A DNA stretch of 32,000 bases from contig NC_003551.1 in the NCBI RefSeq assembly GCF_000007185.1, positions 420,001 through 452,000 of the forward strand, in the 5' to 3' direction. The translations under genes were made by a program, and so were the position numbers. Under the pieces are notes generated by a model. It did not search any database. It was not told the origin of the DNA and worked only from the letters and a program-made list of their open reading frames with translations. Positions 1 to 9,407 of this stretch are shown piece after piece; position 1 is the stretch's first letter; every line of letters starts with the position of its first letter. This stretch comes from Methanopyrus kandleri AV19 (GTDB lineage: Archaea; JAADCQ01; Methanopyri; Methanopyrales; Methanopyraceae).

Positions 1-2
1 TC

Positions 3-248
3 CGCGAGGCTAGGGAACGTAGAGGTTGGAGCCAGGAGGACCTAGCCAAGAAGATCGGAGAGAAGGTTTCGGTGATCCGGCGTATTGAATCGGGCAAGAT
101 GGAACCGGACGTCGAGCTGGCGCGCAAGCTGGAGAGGGTCCTGGAAATAGAGCTCCTAGAGCGGGTGAGTGAAGAGGACACCGGATCCGTGGGGATCGGG
201 AGCGGCGAGCTGACGCTGGGTGATGTAGTGGAGATTAGGAAGAAGTGA
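3..248 (+). CDS. MBF1-like helix-turn-helix transcription factor (5' truncated by window edge)
   Basis: Manual translation in the frame ending TGA 246-248: REARERRGWSQEDLAKKIGEKVSVIRRIESGKMEPDVELARKLERVLEIELLE...LTLGDVVEIRKK. This is an XRE-type HTH followed by the C-terminal GDVVEIRKK tail typical of archaeal MBF1. Confidence 0.85.
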   Translation, partial: REARERRGWSQEDLAKKIGEKVSVIRRIESGKMEPDVELARKLERVLEIELLERVSEEDTGSVGIGSGELTLGDVVEIRKK

Positions 249-251
249 GCG

Positions 252-827
252 TTACACCGGAGACGTGCGAAGTATCAGCGTAACCACGACGATCGCTAGG
301 GCAACCGAGACCAGGGCGAATCCGTAAGTTCGAATGTCGATGTGCGCGCTCCGACGCTCCTCCACCACGCGCTCTGCCACTTTCATGCAGAGCTCCCGAG
401 CCTTATCTTCAACCTCATCCTCGTCACCGTTCGCGTATATTCGTAGCCGACCACGATCGCTGTCGATGACGAGGAGAACGTCCGCTTCCACACCCCGCTC
501 GTAGTCGCACACTTCTTTGAACTGCTCTTTGACCAGGGAGAGCACCTCGTTGATCGTGTACTCGTCCGCGGGAACGTCCAGGAGAAGCTTCCCATCGACC
601 TCCGTGTCTTCATCAACTATCGCCACATCACAACGCTTGATCGGAAGCGATTCCTCGGAAGTTTCGAGTTTCTCATCGATGGAGAATTTATTGAGATAAT
701 CCTTACCGAACAGGATCACCTTCCCGGTTTCTTTGCACACCGAAGAAAGGACACCTTTGTTGAACTCGTCGATGTCCTCACCGACCACTATCACCACATC
801 GTTCTTCGCGGACTTAACGAGGCTCAT
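252..827 (-). CDS. Hypothetical protein with a C-terminal transmembrane segment (predicted tail-anchored), 191 aa
   Basis: Minus ORF 252..884. The most plausible start is the ATG at 827 (MSLVKSAKNDVVIVVGED...), overlapping the upstream FtsA-like gene by 14 nt. The C-terminus YGFALVSVALAIVVVTLIL is a single hydrophobic helix followed by RTSPV. Confidence 0.7.
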   Translation of the reverse strand: MSLVKSAKNDVVIVVGEDIDEFNKGVLSSVCKETGKVILFGKDYLNKFSIDEKLETSEESLPIKRCDVAIVDEDTEVDGKLLLDVPADEYTINEVLSLVKEQFKEVCDYERGVEADVLLVIDSDRGRLRIYANGDEDEVEDKARELCMKVAERVVEERRSAHIDIRTYGFALVSVALAIVVVTLILRTSPV

Positions 828-2439
828 TACCTCCGGAATCGTCCAGCCCCTCCTTAAGACCAGTAACGTTGCCCGCCGTCTCACTTACTCCACCCTCGAC
901 CTCTTGGAGTTCGTCTACCGGGATGAGGATGGGCCCCATCTCCTTAACTTGGACTATTTTGTACTCCTTCGGGAGCGTGTCCACGGTATCTTCCACTTCC
1001 GACCCACTGACGTTCACCTTAACGCCATCGACGTCGTCCGTGCTGTCTACACCCTCGAACTTGATAGTTACCGTACCAGCGTACGCCCGGCCACGGAGTT
1101 CCGCTGTTACGGGCGCTGGTTGCATCAGGATTATCTCCTTAATGGCACTAATGATGGCTTCCTTCAGCCCCGTCCTCCTCGGGATCTTTACGGAATCTTC
1201 GATCCGGCCCCCTACTTCGAGGTAATACCGACCTTCGGGGGCTCGGAACTCATCGATGACCACTTTCACATCACGACCGGAGCACTGCTGACATAGGGCG
1301 GTATCGCGGAGTACGGAGACCGCCACCACACGCATGGGTCCCGCGAGTTGCTTTCCGATGTGTGGTATCTTCGAAGCTTCGAGCATCTCCACTCTGGGTA
1401 CTATCCCTAGGTAATCACGATAGGCATCAAGAATAGCTTCCCGAACGGCCGTTTCAGCCTGATCGAGCAAGACTCCGCCTCCGTACAACTCGACCCGCTC
1501 CGGGACGTTCATGTCTAAGCTCCTGATGATACTCTTAACGGCCGACCTCACGGCGTCCCGGACGTACTCCGCGACCTCTTCGATGGCCTCCAACACCTCA
1601 CGGCGGGTAAGGTCGTACCGTGAGAGTTCCGAATCGGCCATCGGCGAATTGATCTTCTTTTTGATATTTTCCGCTTCTTCATATGTTAGTCCTAAATCAT
1701 TAGCTATGGCTAAGGTAAAATCACGTCCGCCAACTTTAATAGAATGACACACTTCCACAAGTGTGTTACGCACAACGGAGATATCCGTAGTACCTCCACC
1801 GGAATCAATTAGGAGGCAGTTCTCGATTTTGTAATCTCTGATCGCTTTGGCCACGGCGAGGGGTTCAACCGATATCGTGATTAACTTCATATTAAGGAGC
1901 CTAGCGATGCGCTCTAGGTTATTAATGAGCCCCAAGCTTGTATTCGATACTATGGCCCTGAACTGCAAGTGAGTGACTTGAGAACCGATGAGACCGTCGG
2001 GGTGGTCTGCCCCGAGTTCCCTTGGGTCTACCTCTGCTCCGTCGACCTTGAGATCCACTATATCGACGGAGATAGGCCAGTTTTCGGGCGAGAACTCCAA
2101 GCGGTGCGCTAGCGTGTATCCTATGTCCTCTATGCGGAGCTTTCCTTCGGGGCTCACGCTCGCCTCCGCTTCCACCATAGTGAACCGGTCTCCCGTCATC
2201 GACAATCCGATACCCTCTACGTCCGAAGGACTGACCCCTGCATCACGAAGTGCTTCTTCTACGGTTTTCTTGACTATCCGGCTCACACCCTTCACGTATC
2301 TGACGTTTCCTCGCTCCATGATCGTGGGATCGAGGATGTACCGCTCGCTGTACCCCTTGACCATCAGGTTACCACTCCTGAGTCGCCCTACGGCGGCTGA
2401 GATCACCTCGGTACCCAAGTCTACGGCGACCACGTGCAA
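814..2439 (-). CDS. FtsA/PilM-like actin-superfamily (Hsp70-class) ATPase, 541 aa
   Basis: Phosphate-1-like VAVDLGTEVISAAVG, an FtsA-like subdomain with ...DHPDGLIGSQVTHLQFRAIVSN..., phosphate-2 LLIDSGGGTTDISVV, adenosine motif RVELYGGGVLLDQAE. Confidence 0.7.
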   Translation of the reverse strand: MHVVAVDLGTEVISAAVGRLRSGNLMVKGYSERYILDPTIMERGNVRYVKGVSRIVKKTVEEALRDAGVSPSDVEGIGLSMTGDRFTMVEAEASVSPEGKLRIEDIGYTLAHRLEFSPENWPISVDIVDLKVDGAEVDPRELGADHPDGLIGSQVTHLQFRAIVSNTSLGLINNLERIARLLNMKLITISVEPLAVAKAIRDYKIENCLLIDSGGGTTDISVVRNTLVEVCHSIKVGGRDFTLAIANDLGLTYEEAENIKKKINSPMADSELSRYDLTRREVLEAIEEVAEYVRDAVRSAVKSIIRSLDMNVPERVELYGGGVLLDQAETAVREAILDAYRDYLGIVPRVEMLEASKIPHIGKQLAGPMRVVAVSVLRDTALCQQCSGRDVKVVIDEFRAPEGRYYLEVGGRIEDSVKIPRRTGLKEAIISAIKEIILMQPAPVTAELRGRAYAGTVTIKFEGVDSTDDVDGVKVNVSGSEVEDTVDTLPKEYKIVQVKEMGPILIPVDELQEVEGGVSETAGNVTGLKEGLDDSGGNEPR

Positions 2440-2443
2440 GCGA

Positions 2444-2755
2444 TCATCCCTCCATCTGTCCGAGTTCTCGCTGCTTGGTCCGCTGTCTCTCTACGATCTC
2501 CTCTAGGTCGATATCGTGGGCTGTGAGGAACGCTTCGACCTCTATCAATAGGTCACCCAGCTCCTCAATGAGTGCTTCCCGGTTGCCGGAACGTACCGCG
2601 TTCCTGACCTCGATAGCCTCCTCCACAAGTCTCGCGCCGGTGGACACCTCTACCGCCCGATCCTTCCGCGGCAGTAACCCCTTAAGGCCGAGGATTTGAG
2701 AACGTATTAGATCAACCGACTTGAACCTTCTGACGGCCTCAGCTACGAGGTTCAA
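2444..2755 (-). CDS. MazG-like nucleotide pyrophosphohydrolase domain protein
   Basis: LVEEAIEVRNAVRSGNREALIEELGDLLIEV matches the EExxE...ExxD metal-binding helix pattern. Likely TTG start at 2755 overlapping the upstream stop (TTGA); the longer ORF to 2866 is probably over-extended. Confidence 0.6.
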   Translation of the reverse strand: MNLVAEAVRRFKSVDLIRSQILGLKGLLPRKDRAVEVSTGARLVEEAIEVRNAVRSGNREALIEELGDLLIEVEAFLTAHDIDLEEIVERQRTKQRELGQMEG

Positions 2756-3300
2756 TGTGAGACTCCCCTGTACACGTAAGCGCGTCGTAAATCGTCCAGT
2801 CGCAGCACCTCCGGTACGCCTAACCCCGGAACCTCGAAGGTATAGCTCACGACGGTAGCTCCGCACGATACCAGCTCCTCTGATATTTCCTCGAGGAGAG
2901 ACGGCATTAAATACACGAATACGACGTCCGGATTTAACTCCCGCAGGTCGATGTCCCGGACGTCAGAATGTATAAAGATGGTTTTATCGTCTACTCTAAG
3001 TGTTTCGGATTTTGCGCGGGCTAACTCGAGCACATCCTCCCGTACGTCCACCCCCATCCCTTCACACCCATACAGGTAGGCGGCCGAGATCACGAAGCGA
3101 CCGTCTCCGCAGCCCAGATCCACCACTCTATTTTTAGGAGTTAACTCCAGCTTTCGAAGGATCTCAACCACGATCTCGATGGGTGTCGGTACGAGGTATA
3201 GCTCCGTTGGACACGTCACCACGTGGTCGTCGCTCCGGTGATACTCCACCTCGTTCGGGAACTCATCGAGCAGTCTCTCTACCTTCCTTTTCCCTATCAT
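2752..3300 (-). CDS. SAM-dependent methyltransferase (class I), 182 aa
   Basis: VVDLGCGDGRFVISAAYLYGCEGMGVDVREDVLELARA (motif I and post-I), followed by NPDVVFVYLMP. Confidence 0.75.
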   Translation of the reverse strand: MIGKRKVERLLDEFPNEVEYHRSDDHVVTCPTELYLVPTPIEIVVEILRKLELTPKNRVVDLGCGDGRFVISAAYLYGCEGMGVDVREDVLELARAKSETLRVDDKTIFIHSDVRDIDLRELNPDVVFVYLMPSLLEEISEELVSCGATVVSYTFEVPGLGVPEVLRLDDLRRAYVYRGVSH

Positions 3301-3655
3301 CTTCGATCCTCCGCTTAGGCGAGTGGTATCCGCGAAGCTCCTCGAGCTTTCCGAACCTGCGGGCTATTCCCCTGTACACGTCACCGTGCCTTGGGGTTAT
3401 AACGATCAAATGGGCCGGGGGATGGATTTCAGAGATCTTCCGAATAACTTCGGCCGGTTCACCTTCTACACGAGCGACCGCGGCCACTGGATACCTTCTC
3501 CGCACCTCACCCAAAAGCTCCCGTACTATCGTGTCAGCGACCTCCGGATCCATAATTCTCGGTTTGCCCAAGATTTTAATACCCGCGTACCTCTCGATAT
3601 CCGACAAGCTTGTGAGTATCTTCTCGTAAGAATCCGACCTGATCACCACGAACAA
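3263..3655 (-). CDS. DUF356-like conserved archaeal protein
   Basis: MFVVIRSDSYEKILTSLSDIERYAGIKILGKPRIMDPEVADTIVRELL resembles the methanogen DUF356 family. Family name is from recall, not a search. Confidence 0.6.
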   Translation of the reverse strand: MFVVIRSDSYEKILTSLSDIERYAGIKILGKPRIMDPEVADTIVRELLGEVRRRYPVAAVARVEGEPAEVIRKISEIHPPAHLIVITPRHGDVYRGIARRFGKLEELRGYHSPKRRIEDDREKEGRETAR

Positions 3656-3707
3656 GCTTCGGTCCCCTCGCTCTCCCGATGCTGGGGGGTTTAACCTGGG
3701 CGTCAGG

Positions 3708-4130
3708 GTGAATATCGTCGGTGTCGACGTCTCGGGCCGACACGCGGAGGAGGACGGTCATTATAATAGGATCACGGCCTGCGTGTCGGCCGAGGTGGAT
3801 GGGTTCAATGTGTTTACGGTCAGAGATGTGAACGTGTTCGTCGTATGTACTCGCGAGCCCCCGAACTTGCGGACGCTGACCGAGGAAGTCTCCCGGGCCC
3901 TTAACGGCCTGGACAAGGACGATGAGTACATGGTGGTGGCGGAACCGGGTGAGTTCTTTGGAGAACCGGAGTGGAGGGTCTCGGCCCTTTTAGGGGCCCC
4001 GTTCAAGTACGCCGAGACCGTGGCCGAGCGAGAGGTAGTGGAAATGGCGCATAAGCTCGCCTACGGAGTCTACAGAGGCGTGAAGATGGGGTTGAAGGTT
4101 GCCCAGTCGCCCTCGGGCGGTTTTGGTTGA
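3708..4130 (+). CDS. DUF2209-like conserved archaeal protein, 140 aa
   Basis: GTG start at 3708; NIVGVDVSGRHAEEDGHYNRITACVSAEVDGF... resembles DUF2209. Overlaps the start of hflX. Confidence 0.55.
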   Translation: MNIVGVDVSGRHAEEDGHYNRITACVSAEVDGFNVFTVRDVNVFVVCTREPPNLRTLTEEVSRALNGLDKDDEYMVVAEPGEFFGEPEWRVSALLGAPFKYAETVAEREVVEMAHKLAYGVYRGVKMGLKVAQSPSGGFG

Positions 4131-5370
4131 ACGGTTGGAGTGGAGACAGGAGAGCCGCATTGATGAGCTGAAAGAGCTGGCCGAATCTGCCGGCTACGAC
4201 GTCGTCGGCTCGTTCAGACAGGTCCGTCACGAAGACCCTCGATACCATATAGGGGAAGGAAAGGTCAAAGAGCTGGCGGAGTTCGTGCGCGAGAACGACG
4301 TGGACAAAGTCATCTTCGAGAACGAGATCAAGCCAGTCCAGGCGTTCAACCTTGCAGGTGAGCTGGGAGTTGAGGTAATCGACAGATTCCAGTTGATCCT
4401 CGAGATATTCGCACAGAGAGCTCGAACCCGCGAAGCCAAACTGCAGGTGAAGCTCGCGCAGCTCAAGTACGAACTGCCCAGGGCACGTGAGATGGTGAAC
4501 CTAGCTAAAAAGGAGGAGCGTCCGGGTTTCCGCGGCCTCGGTAAGTACGAAGCCGACAAATACGAGGAAATGATCCGACGGAAGATCGCCAAGATAGAGC
4601 GTGAACTCCGACGGATCGAGAAAGATCGAGAGCTAAAGAGGAAGCACCGACATCGGTTAGGGTTCGAACTAGTTACGTTGGCCGGGTACACATGTGCGGG
4701 TAAAAGCACCCTAATGCGGGCCCTAACCGACGAGACGGTCTACGTGGACTCCAAGATGTTCTCCACGCTGGATACCAAAACTAGAGCCGTAGACCTGGAC
4801 GGACACCGCGTACTCCTCACCGACACCGTCGGATTCGTGGATAACCTACCCCACTGGCTCGTGGAGTCTTTCAAATCGACTCTTGAGGAAACCGCCCAAG
4901 CCGACCTGGTCCTGCTGGTGGTAGACGTCAGTGACGAGTTACCGGAGATCAAGCGTAAACTCCGGGTGTGCCACAGGACGTTGGAGGAGATAGGCGCTGA
5001 AGGCCCCATCGTGACCGCGCTCAACAAGGCGGATCTGATAGGATGGGAGGAAGCGGAGCGACGCCTCCGGGAACTAGAAGGGTACGTGTCTCATCCGGTG
5101 GTCGTTTCCGCTAAGACAGGGGAAGGCCTCGACGACCTCAAGGCCGAGATGCGTACGGTGCTCTCCAGGTACTGGAAGAACGTCCGCATCGAGCTACCGA
5201 TGAGGAACGAAACCATGCGGGTTGTTTCGAAACTACATGAACTCGGAAACGTGCTGGACGAGCGTTGGTCGAACGACGGTGTTGAGGTGTTCCTCGAGGT
5301 CAGTGAGAAGGCCCTGGGAACCGTGAGAGGAACCGTGAAGGGGTTCGGTAAAGTGGAGGTATTGGATTAA
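4099..5370 (+). CDS. hflX: GTPase HflX
   Basis: N-terminal HflX domain (YHIGEGKVKELAEF...DRFQLILEIFAQRARTREAKLQVKLAQLKYELPR) and G domain (GYTCAGKST, DTVGF, NKADL). A TTG at 4123 (LVERLEW) is an alternative start. Confidence 0.92.
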   Translation: MPSRPRAVLVERLEWRQESRIDELKELAESAGYDVVGSFRQVRHEDPRYHIGEGKVKELAEFVRENDVDKVIFENEIKPVQAFNLAGELGVEVIDRFQLILEIFAQRARTREAKLQVKLAQLKYELPRAREMVNLAKKEERPGFRGLGKYEADKYEEMIRRKIAKIERELRRIEKDRELKRKHRHRLGFELVTLAGYTCAGKSTLMRALTDETVYVDSKMFSTLDTKTRAVDLDGHRVLLTDTVGFVDNLPHWLVESFKSTLEETAQADLVLLVVDVSDELPEIKRKLRVCHRTLEEIGAEGPIVTALNKADLIGWEEAERRLRELEGYVSHPVVVSAKTGEGLDDLKAEMRTVLSRYWKNVRIELPMRNETMRVVSKLHELGNVLDERWSNDGVEVFLEVSEKALGTVRGTVKGFGKVEVLD

Positions 5371-5804
5371 TCCTCACGCGAACTCTTCCGGTACCATTCC
5401 GGAACTTGGATCAGTGAATAACCCCCGTCGGGACCGGGCTTTCCGTCGATCTTGAAACCCATCTTACGGAGGTCCTTCACCCTATTGTGGACGGCTACGC
5501 GGCTCTCTCGATTGATGTACTCCTTAAGCAGCTCGCCGCTCACGTAGTTGCCGGTTTTGGTGTAGATACCGGCCTCTTTCAGTATCTGTTTCGCACGCTT
5601 TTCGCCCACGGTTTTTGAGAGCTGATCTAGCAGCCTGTTCGCCTCCTCCAACACGGACAGAATGATGAGGTGACCTGCGTCTATCTTCACGCCTTTCTCG
5701 TACGCTCGCTTCAAGAACTCCCACAGATCGCCTCTGGGACGACTCCTCGCGACGCGCTCCAGCCTGGACTGCGTGAGTACGGCGATCTCGTCGTCACGCG
5801 CCAC
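5367..5804 (-). CDS. Conserved hypothetical protein, probable winged-helix fold, 145 aa
   Basis: Coding-like acidic/basic sequence ...NRVKDLRKMGFKIDGKPGPDGGYSLIQVPEWYRK with a wing-like segment. Its stop shares TTAA (5367-5370) with the hflX stop. Confidence 0.5.
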   Translation of the reverse strand: MARDDEIAVLTQSRLERVARSRPRGDLWEFLKRAYEKGVKIDAGHLIILSVLEEANRLLDQLSKTVGEKRAKQILKEAGIYTKTGNYVSGELLKEYINRESRVAVHNRVKDLRKMGFKIDGKPGPDGGYSLIQVPEWYRKSSRED

Positions 5805-5874
5805 GTCGGGATCACCCCCGTTCCGTCCCCTATAACGTTTCGAGGATTTTAACTTTCCACGCCGCCGTAGGGCG

Positions 5875-6516
5875 TTACATACCCCTGAGCTCGCGTCTGC
5901 GCTTGGCGACCTTCCTGGCGACCACGGCCTCCCCGAGCCTGAACAAGTAAATAAAGAGGTTTTCTAGACCACCCATGAGCCAGAGTACGTATCCGAACGT
6001 TCTATCACTTATCTTACGCTCGAACTCCTCGGGCGTAAGATCTCGATTTAGCTCACGGTTGAATACCATCGTGGCGGCTTCGATGAACTCATCCCACGAT
6101 ATCCCAGGCACGTTCTCGTGAATCTTCTCCAGTAGGTCCCGCGCCGGTGTGTCGTAGAGATTCGACATGAGCTCGACGACAGTCCTGAGCGTAACGACAC
6201 CGACCACCCGCATGTCTTCCTCCAGTGGGACGAGCGTGAGGTCGGAGTCCGTAAGAATTTCCACGGCCTTCGTGATGGGGTCGGAGGGAGAGATCGACTC
6301 CGGCGATCGGCATACCTCTTCAACTGTCTCGGCGCCAGCGGTGAGTCCTCGAGCGATGTCGTTGGACGTCACTAAGCCGACCAAACGGTCCGAACCGTTC
6401 ACTACGACAGCCGTGTACTCGGAGTACCTCGTGAGCTCTCGAACCGCCTGCTCGAGACTGTCCTCGGGTTTCACTCTAGGATACTCTTTAGTGGCCCACA
6501 TCTCGGCCCTCATCAC
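5875..6516 (-). CDS. Two-CBS-domain protein at the 3' end of the Eha-type operon, 213 aa
   Basis: Two CBS-like repeats: [46 protein letters not shown] and [45 protein letters not shown]. Overlaps the stop of the upstream polyferredoxin. Confidence 0.8.
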   Translation of the reverse strand: MMRAEMWATKEYPRVKPEDSLEQAVRELTRYSEYTAVVVNGSDRLVGLVTSNDIARGLTAGAETVEEVCRSPESISPSDPITKAVEILTDSDLTLVPLEEDMRVVGVVTLRTVVELMSNLYDTPARDLLEKIHENVPGISWDEFIEAATMVFNRELNRDLTPEEFERKISDRTFGYVLWLMGGLENLFIYLFRLGEAVVARKVAKRRRELRGM

Positions 6517-7271
6517 ACCTCCTCCCTAACTTCCTTGATCTTTATCGCACCAGTCGGACAATTTCGAGCACACTCTCCGCATCTTATGCACCGGTCGTAG
6601 GAAATATTGGCGACATCCCCTTCCATCTCGACGGCATCCACTGGACAGACTTCTACACAGACCTCACACCCTATACACATATCCTGATCCAACTCAATTT
6701 CACGCTCGAATTCAGGCGGTGTTAAGGTACGCTCAATAACGATGGCATCGACGGGACATGCATGTTCACAAGCTTTACAACCTATACATTTATCCTCGTC
6801 TATCCTTAACTTATCAATATTTGGTGCCTCGACAGGACAAATCTGTTCACAAAGACGACAGGCTATGCATCGATCTTTTCTCAGAATTGCCTTCCTAAGT
6901 ACGAACTTACGTCGTATTACATCAACTTCCTCGAGCTTTACTTCAATGCTATCTTTAGTTACTCGGGCTTCACCGGATACCACCTTGATGGCATCTACGG
7001 GGCAAGACTTAGCACATAACCGACACCTCACACATGCGTCGTGATCAACCTCTGGAGGATTGGTGCTGTCCGGTTCTGTTAGCGCGTCTACCGGGCACTC
7101 TTCGTAACATGTCTTACACCCTACACATCGCTCGGGGTCTATAGTCACGAACTCCCGACGTACGGCTGGTGTCTCAGAAAGTACTTCCAACACTGTATCT
7201 TCATCAGCGTCTTCCACACGATCTAACACCATTTCAACTACCTTATCGATCGAAATTTCAAGCGTTTTCAT
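6513..7271 (-). CDS. Polyferredoxin, 6 x [4Fe-4S] motifs, about 252 aa
   Basis: Start taken at ATG 7271 ([18 protein letters not shown] overlap with the upstream stop). Motifs: [72 protein letters not shown]. Confidence 0.9.
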   Translation of the reverse strand: MKTLEISIDKVVEMVLDRVEDADEDTVLEVLSETPAVRREFVTIDPERCVGCKTCYEECPVDALTEPDSTNPPEVDHDACVRCRLCAKSCPVDAIKVVSGEARVTKDSIEVKLEEVDVIRRKFVLRKAILRKDRCIACRLCEQICPVEAPNIDKLRIDEDKCIGCKACEHACPVDAIVIERTLTPPEFEREIELDQDMCIGCEVCVEVCPVDAVEMEGDVANISYDRCIRCGECARNCPTGAIKIKEVREEV

Positions 7272-7711
7272 CCCCGGAATCCCCCCACGGGTTCGATAGC
7301 ACGGGACGGACAGATTCGAACGCACTCGAGACATCCTACACACCGATCAACGTCTAACTTAGGGGGAGACCCTTTCGCTCCGAAGAGCGCTTCAACCGGG
7401 CAGGAAGAAGAGCACGCTTGACAACCGACACATTTGGACTCGGATATCCGCACGCTCACTTCGGGACGTTTTGTCAGGACCTCGATTCGGTAACTTCCTT
7501 TGGGAAGCTCACATGTGGCACGGCCGAGGAGTATGGCATCGAAAGGACATACTTCCACACACAAGCCGCACCGCACACAGTCTTTTTCGTCGATCTTAGC
7601 GGAATCCTCCACCTCAATCGCGCCTGTGGGACACTCTTTCTCACAAAGACCACAGGCGCGGCATAGCTCGTGTATCACAACAACTTCACGGACCTCGACT
7701 ATCACGTCCAC
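7268..7711 (-). CDS. Polyferredoxin, 4 x [4Fe-4S] motifs, 147 aa
   Basis: [48 protein letters not shown]. Confidence 0.88.
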   Translation of the reverse strand: MDVIVEVREVVVIHELCRACGLCEKECPTGAIEVEDSAKIDEKDCVRCGLCVEVCPFDAILLGRATCELPKGSYRIEVLTKRPEVSVRISESKCVGCQACSSSCPVEALFGAKGSPPKLDVDRCVGCLECVRICPSRAIEPVGGFRG

Positions 7712-8825
7712 TCACCACCTCAGCCATGAGCTCCTCTATCACGTTCTTCACTTCGAACTCGATGACACGGCGTATCATTTCCTCAGACATCTTGCGTTCT
7801 AAAAGTTCGGAAAGCTTCTCCTCGACGTCTCTTTCAGTCCTCGTAGTTGAGCCGAATTCTTCAGCCGCTTCCAGCATTTCTCGGGTTAAGATGCCGAGGA
7901 ACGCATCGGAGATCCGAGACCGCAGCACTTCACGCTCGGCCTCCTCCGTAGGTACGCGGTCCACGGCCGATGTCGGACAGGCGTCCGCGCATAGGCCGCA
8001 TCGCACGCACAGGTCGGGCATGATCACAGGCATCCGAGTTATCTCCTCGATGCGTATCGCATCCACCGGGCAGACATCGTAGCATATACGACATCCTATG
8101 CACATGTCAGGTTGTATGTAAAACACTTCGTCAGTACACTTAGGTCGTGGACGATGATCGGGTCGTTTCAGTGCTTCCGTGGGACAGTATGCCACACAAT
8201 TATAACATCCTAGGCACCGTTCAGGGTCCGGATCTCCATCTGGCACGTTATCAGCGGCACCTGTTGGACACACCTCGTGACAACGGTTACACTCAACACA
8301 CAGTTCCCTATTCAGTCGTGGATTGCTTCGACGTTTGAGCTGAGGTACCTCCAACTCTACCGTGACACTACCATAAGGACAAACTTTTACACATTCTAAA
8401 CACCCATGACATGCGTCCAGGTCTATTCTGTGTTCTTCAATGATCTCACGCATAACTCCGGTGGGACATACCTCGATGCAGGGCCTATTTTCACAACGAT
8501 CACATGTACGGAGATCAACACCAATGAACCTCACTTCAATATCTGCCTTAGGGACACGAACGGGTCTACGTTTCGGCTTTAATTCCGTGAATGATACCTC
8601 ATAAAACCTGAATACATCCCGAGGGCACGCCTGTACACAGAAAGAACATGCAACACACCGATCCTCATCGAGCCGCACCCGCTCGTCCACCTCGATCGCT
8701 CCGGTAGGGCAGACTTCGGCACAGAGGCCACATCCCGCGCACTCGTCGGGCCGTTCGACTTCCACGATGTTGATGGTCACGTTACGAAGACGATCCTCGA
8801 AGGAGAAGTGAAGATCGACCACCAC
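7686..8825 (-). CDS. Polyferredoxin, 8 x [4Fe-4S] motifs, 379 aa
   Basis: CAGCGLCAEVCP, CVACSFCVQACP, CDRCENRPCIEVCP, CHGCLECVKVCP, CVECNRCHEVCP, CLGCYNCVAYCP, CIGCRICYDVCP, CVRCGLCADACP. Confidence 0.9.
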   Translation of the reverse strand: MVVDLHFSFEDRLRNVTINIVEVERPDECAGCGLCAEVCPTGAIEVDERVRLDEDRCVACSFCVQACPRDVFRFYEVSFTELKPKRRPVRVPKADIEVRFIGVDLRTCDRCENRPCIEVCPTGVMREIIEEHRIDLDACHGCLECVKVCPYGSVTVELEVPQLKRRSNPRLNRELCVECNRCHEVCPTGAADNVPDGDPDPERCLGCYNCVAYCPTEALKRPDHRPRPKCTDEVFYIQPDMCIGCRICYDVCPVDAIRIEEITRMPVIMPDLCVRCGLCADACPTSAVDRVPTEEAEREVLRSRISDAFLGILTREMLEAAEEFGSTTRTERDVEEKLSELLERKMSEEMIRRVIEFEVKNVIEELMAEVVSGRDSRGP

Positions 8826-8828
8826 CGG

Positions 8829-9407
8829 TCACCCCCGGAGCGAAGCTTCGAGGTACTCCTTCCACCGCTTCACTAGCTCGTCGGTGTCTGTAGGAACCAG
8901 CTTGATGGCACCCGCAACTGGGCAGACTTCCAGACACACCTCGCATAGCACGCAGCGCTCTTCGTCCACCTCGGCAGTCTCCTCCACGGTGATGGCGTCG
9001 GACGGACAGGCACTCTCGCACTTACCACAACCTACGCATAAGTCACTGTCAACGACGATGCGGGCGGGCTTGGGCGGCTGAACTCGTTCCTCGACCTCCT
9101 CGTGAAGCGTACCCATCTCGATGGCTCCGGTGGGACAGACCTCCACGCAGAGACCGCAGCGGATGCACCGTTCCTTGTGCAGGACGGGTCCTTCCTCGGA
9201 CATCTCCATTGCGGGCGGACATCCGTCCCGTCCTTCGACTGGACAAGCGTCGGCGCAAGCCCCACACAAGATGCACCGATCCAGGTCGACGTCCGGGAAG
9301 TCCCGGAACCTGGGAGGTCTTTGCATGATCTCTCGGGAGGTGTGAGCGTCGAGCAGACGCTTGGATCCTTCCCGGCTCAATATGTGGTTCAGGAAGTCCT
9401 GGAGCAA
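8829..9407 (-). CDS. Polyferredoxin, 4 x [4Fe-4S] motifs, 192 aa
   Basis: [48 protein letters not shown]; directly downstream of the hydrogenase large subunit. Confidence 0.88.
   Translation of the reverse strand: MLQDFLNHILSREGSKRLLDAHTSREIMQRPPRFRDFPDVDLDRCILCGACADACPVEGRDGCPPAMEMSEEGPVLHKERCIRCGLCVEVCPTGAIEMGTLHEEVEERVQPPKPARIVVDSDLCVGCGKCESACPSDAITVEETAEVDEERCVLCEVCLEVCPVAGAIKLVPTDTDELVKRWKEYLEASLRG

Noticed and set aside
6513-9407. Repeated CxxCxxCxxxCP-coding units as a DNA repeat or CRISPR-like array
   Set aside because: Periodicity is at the protein level with diverged nucleotides and variable spacing, as expected for polyferredoxins.
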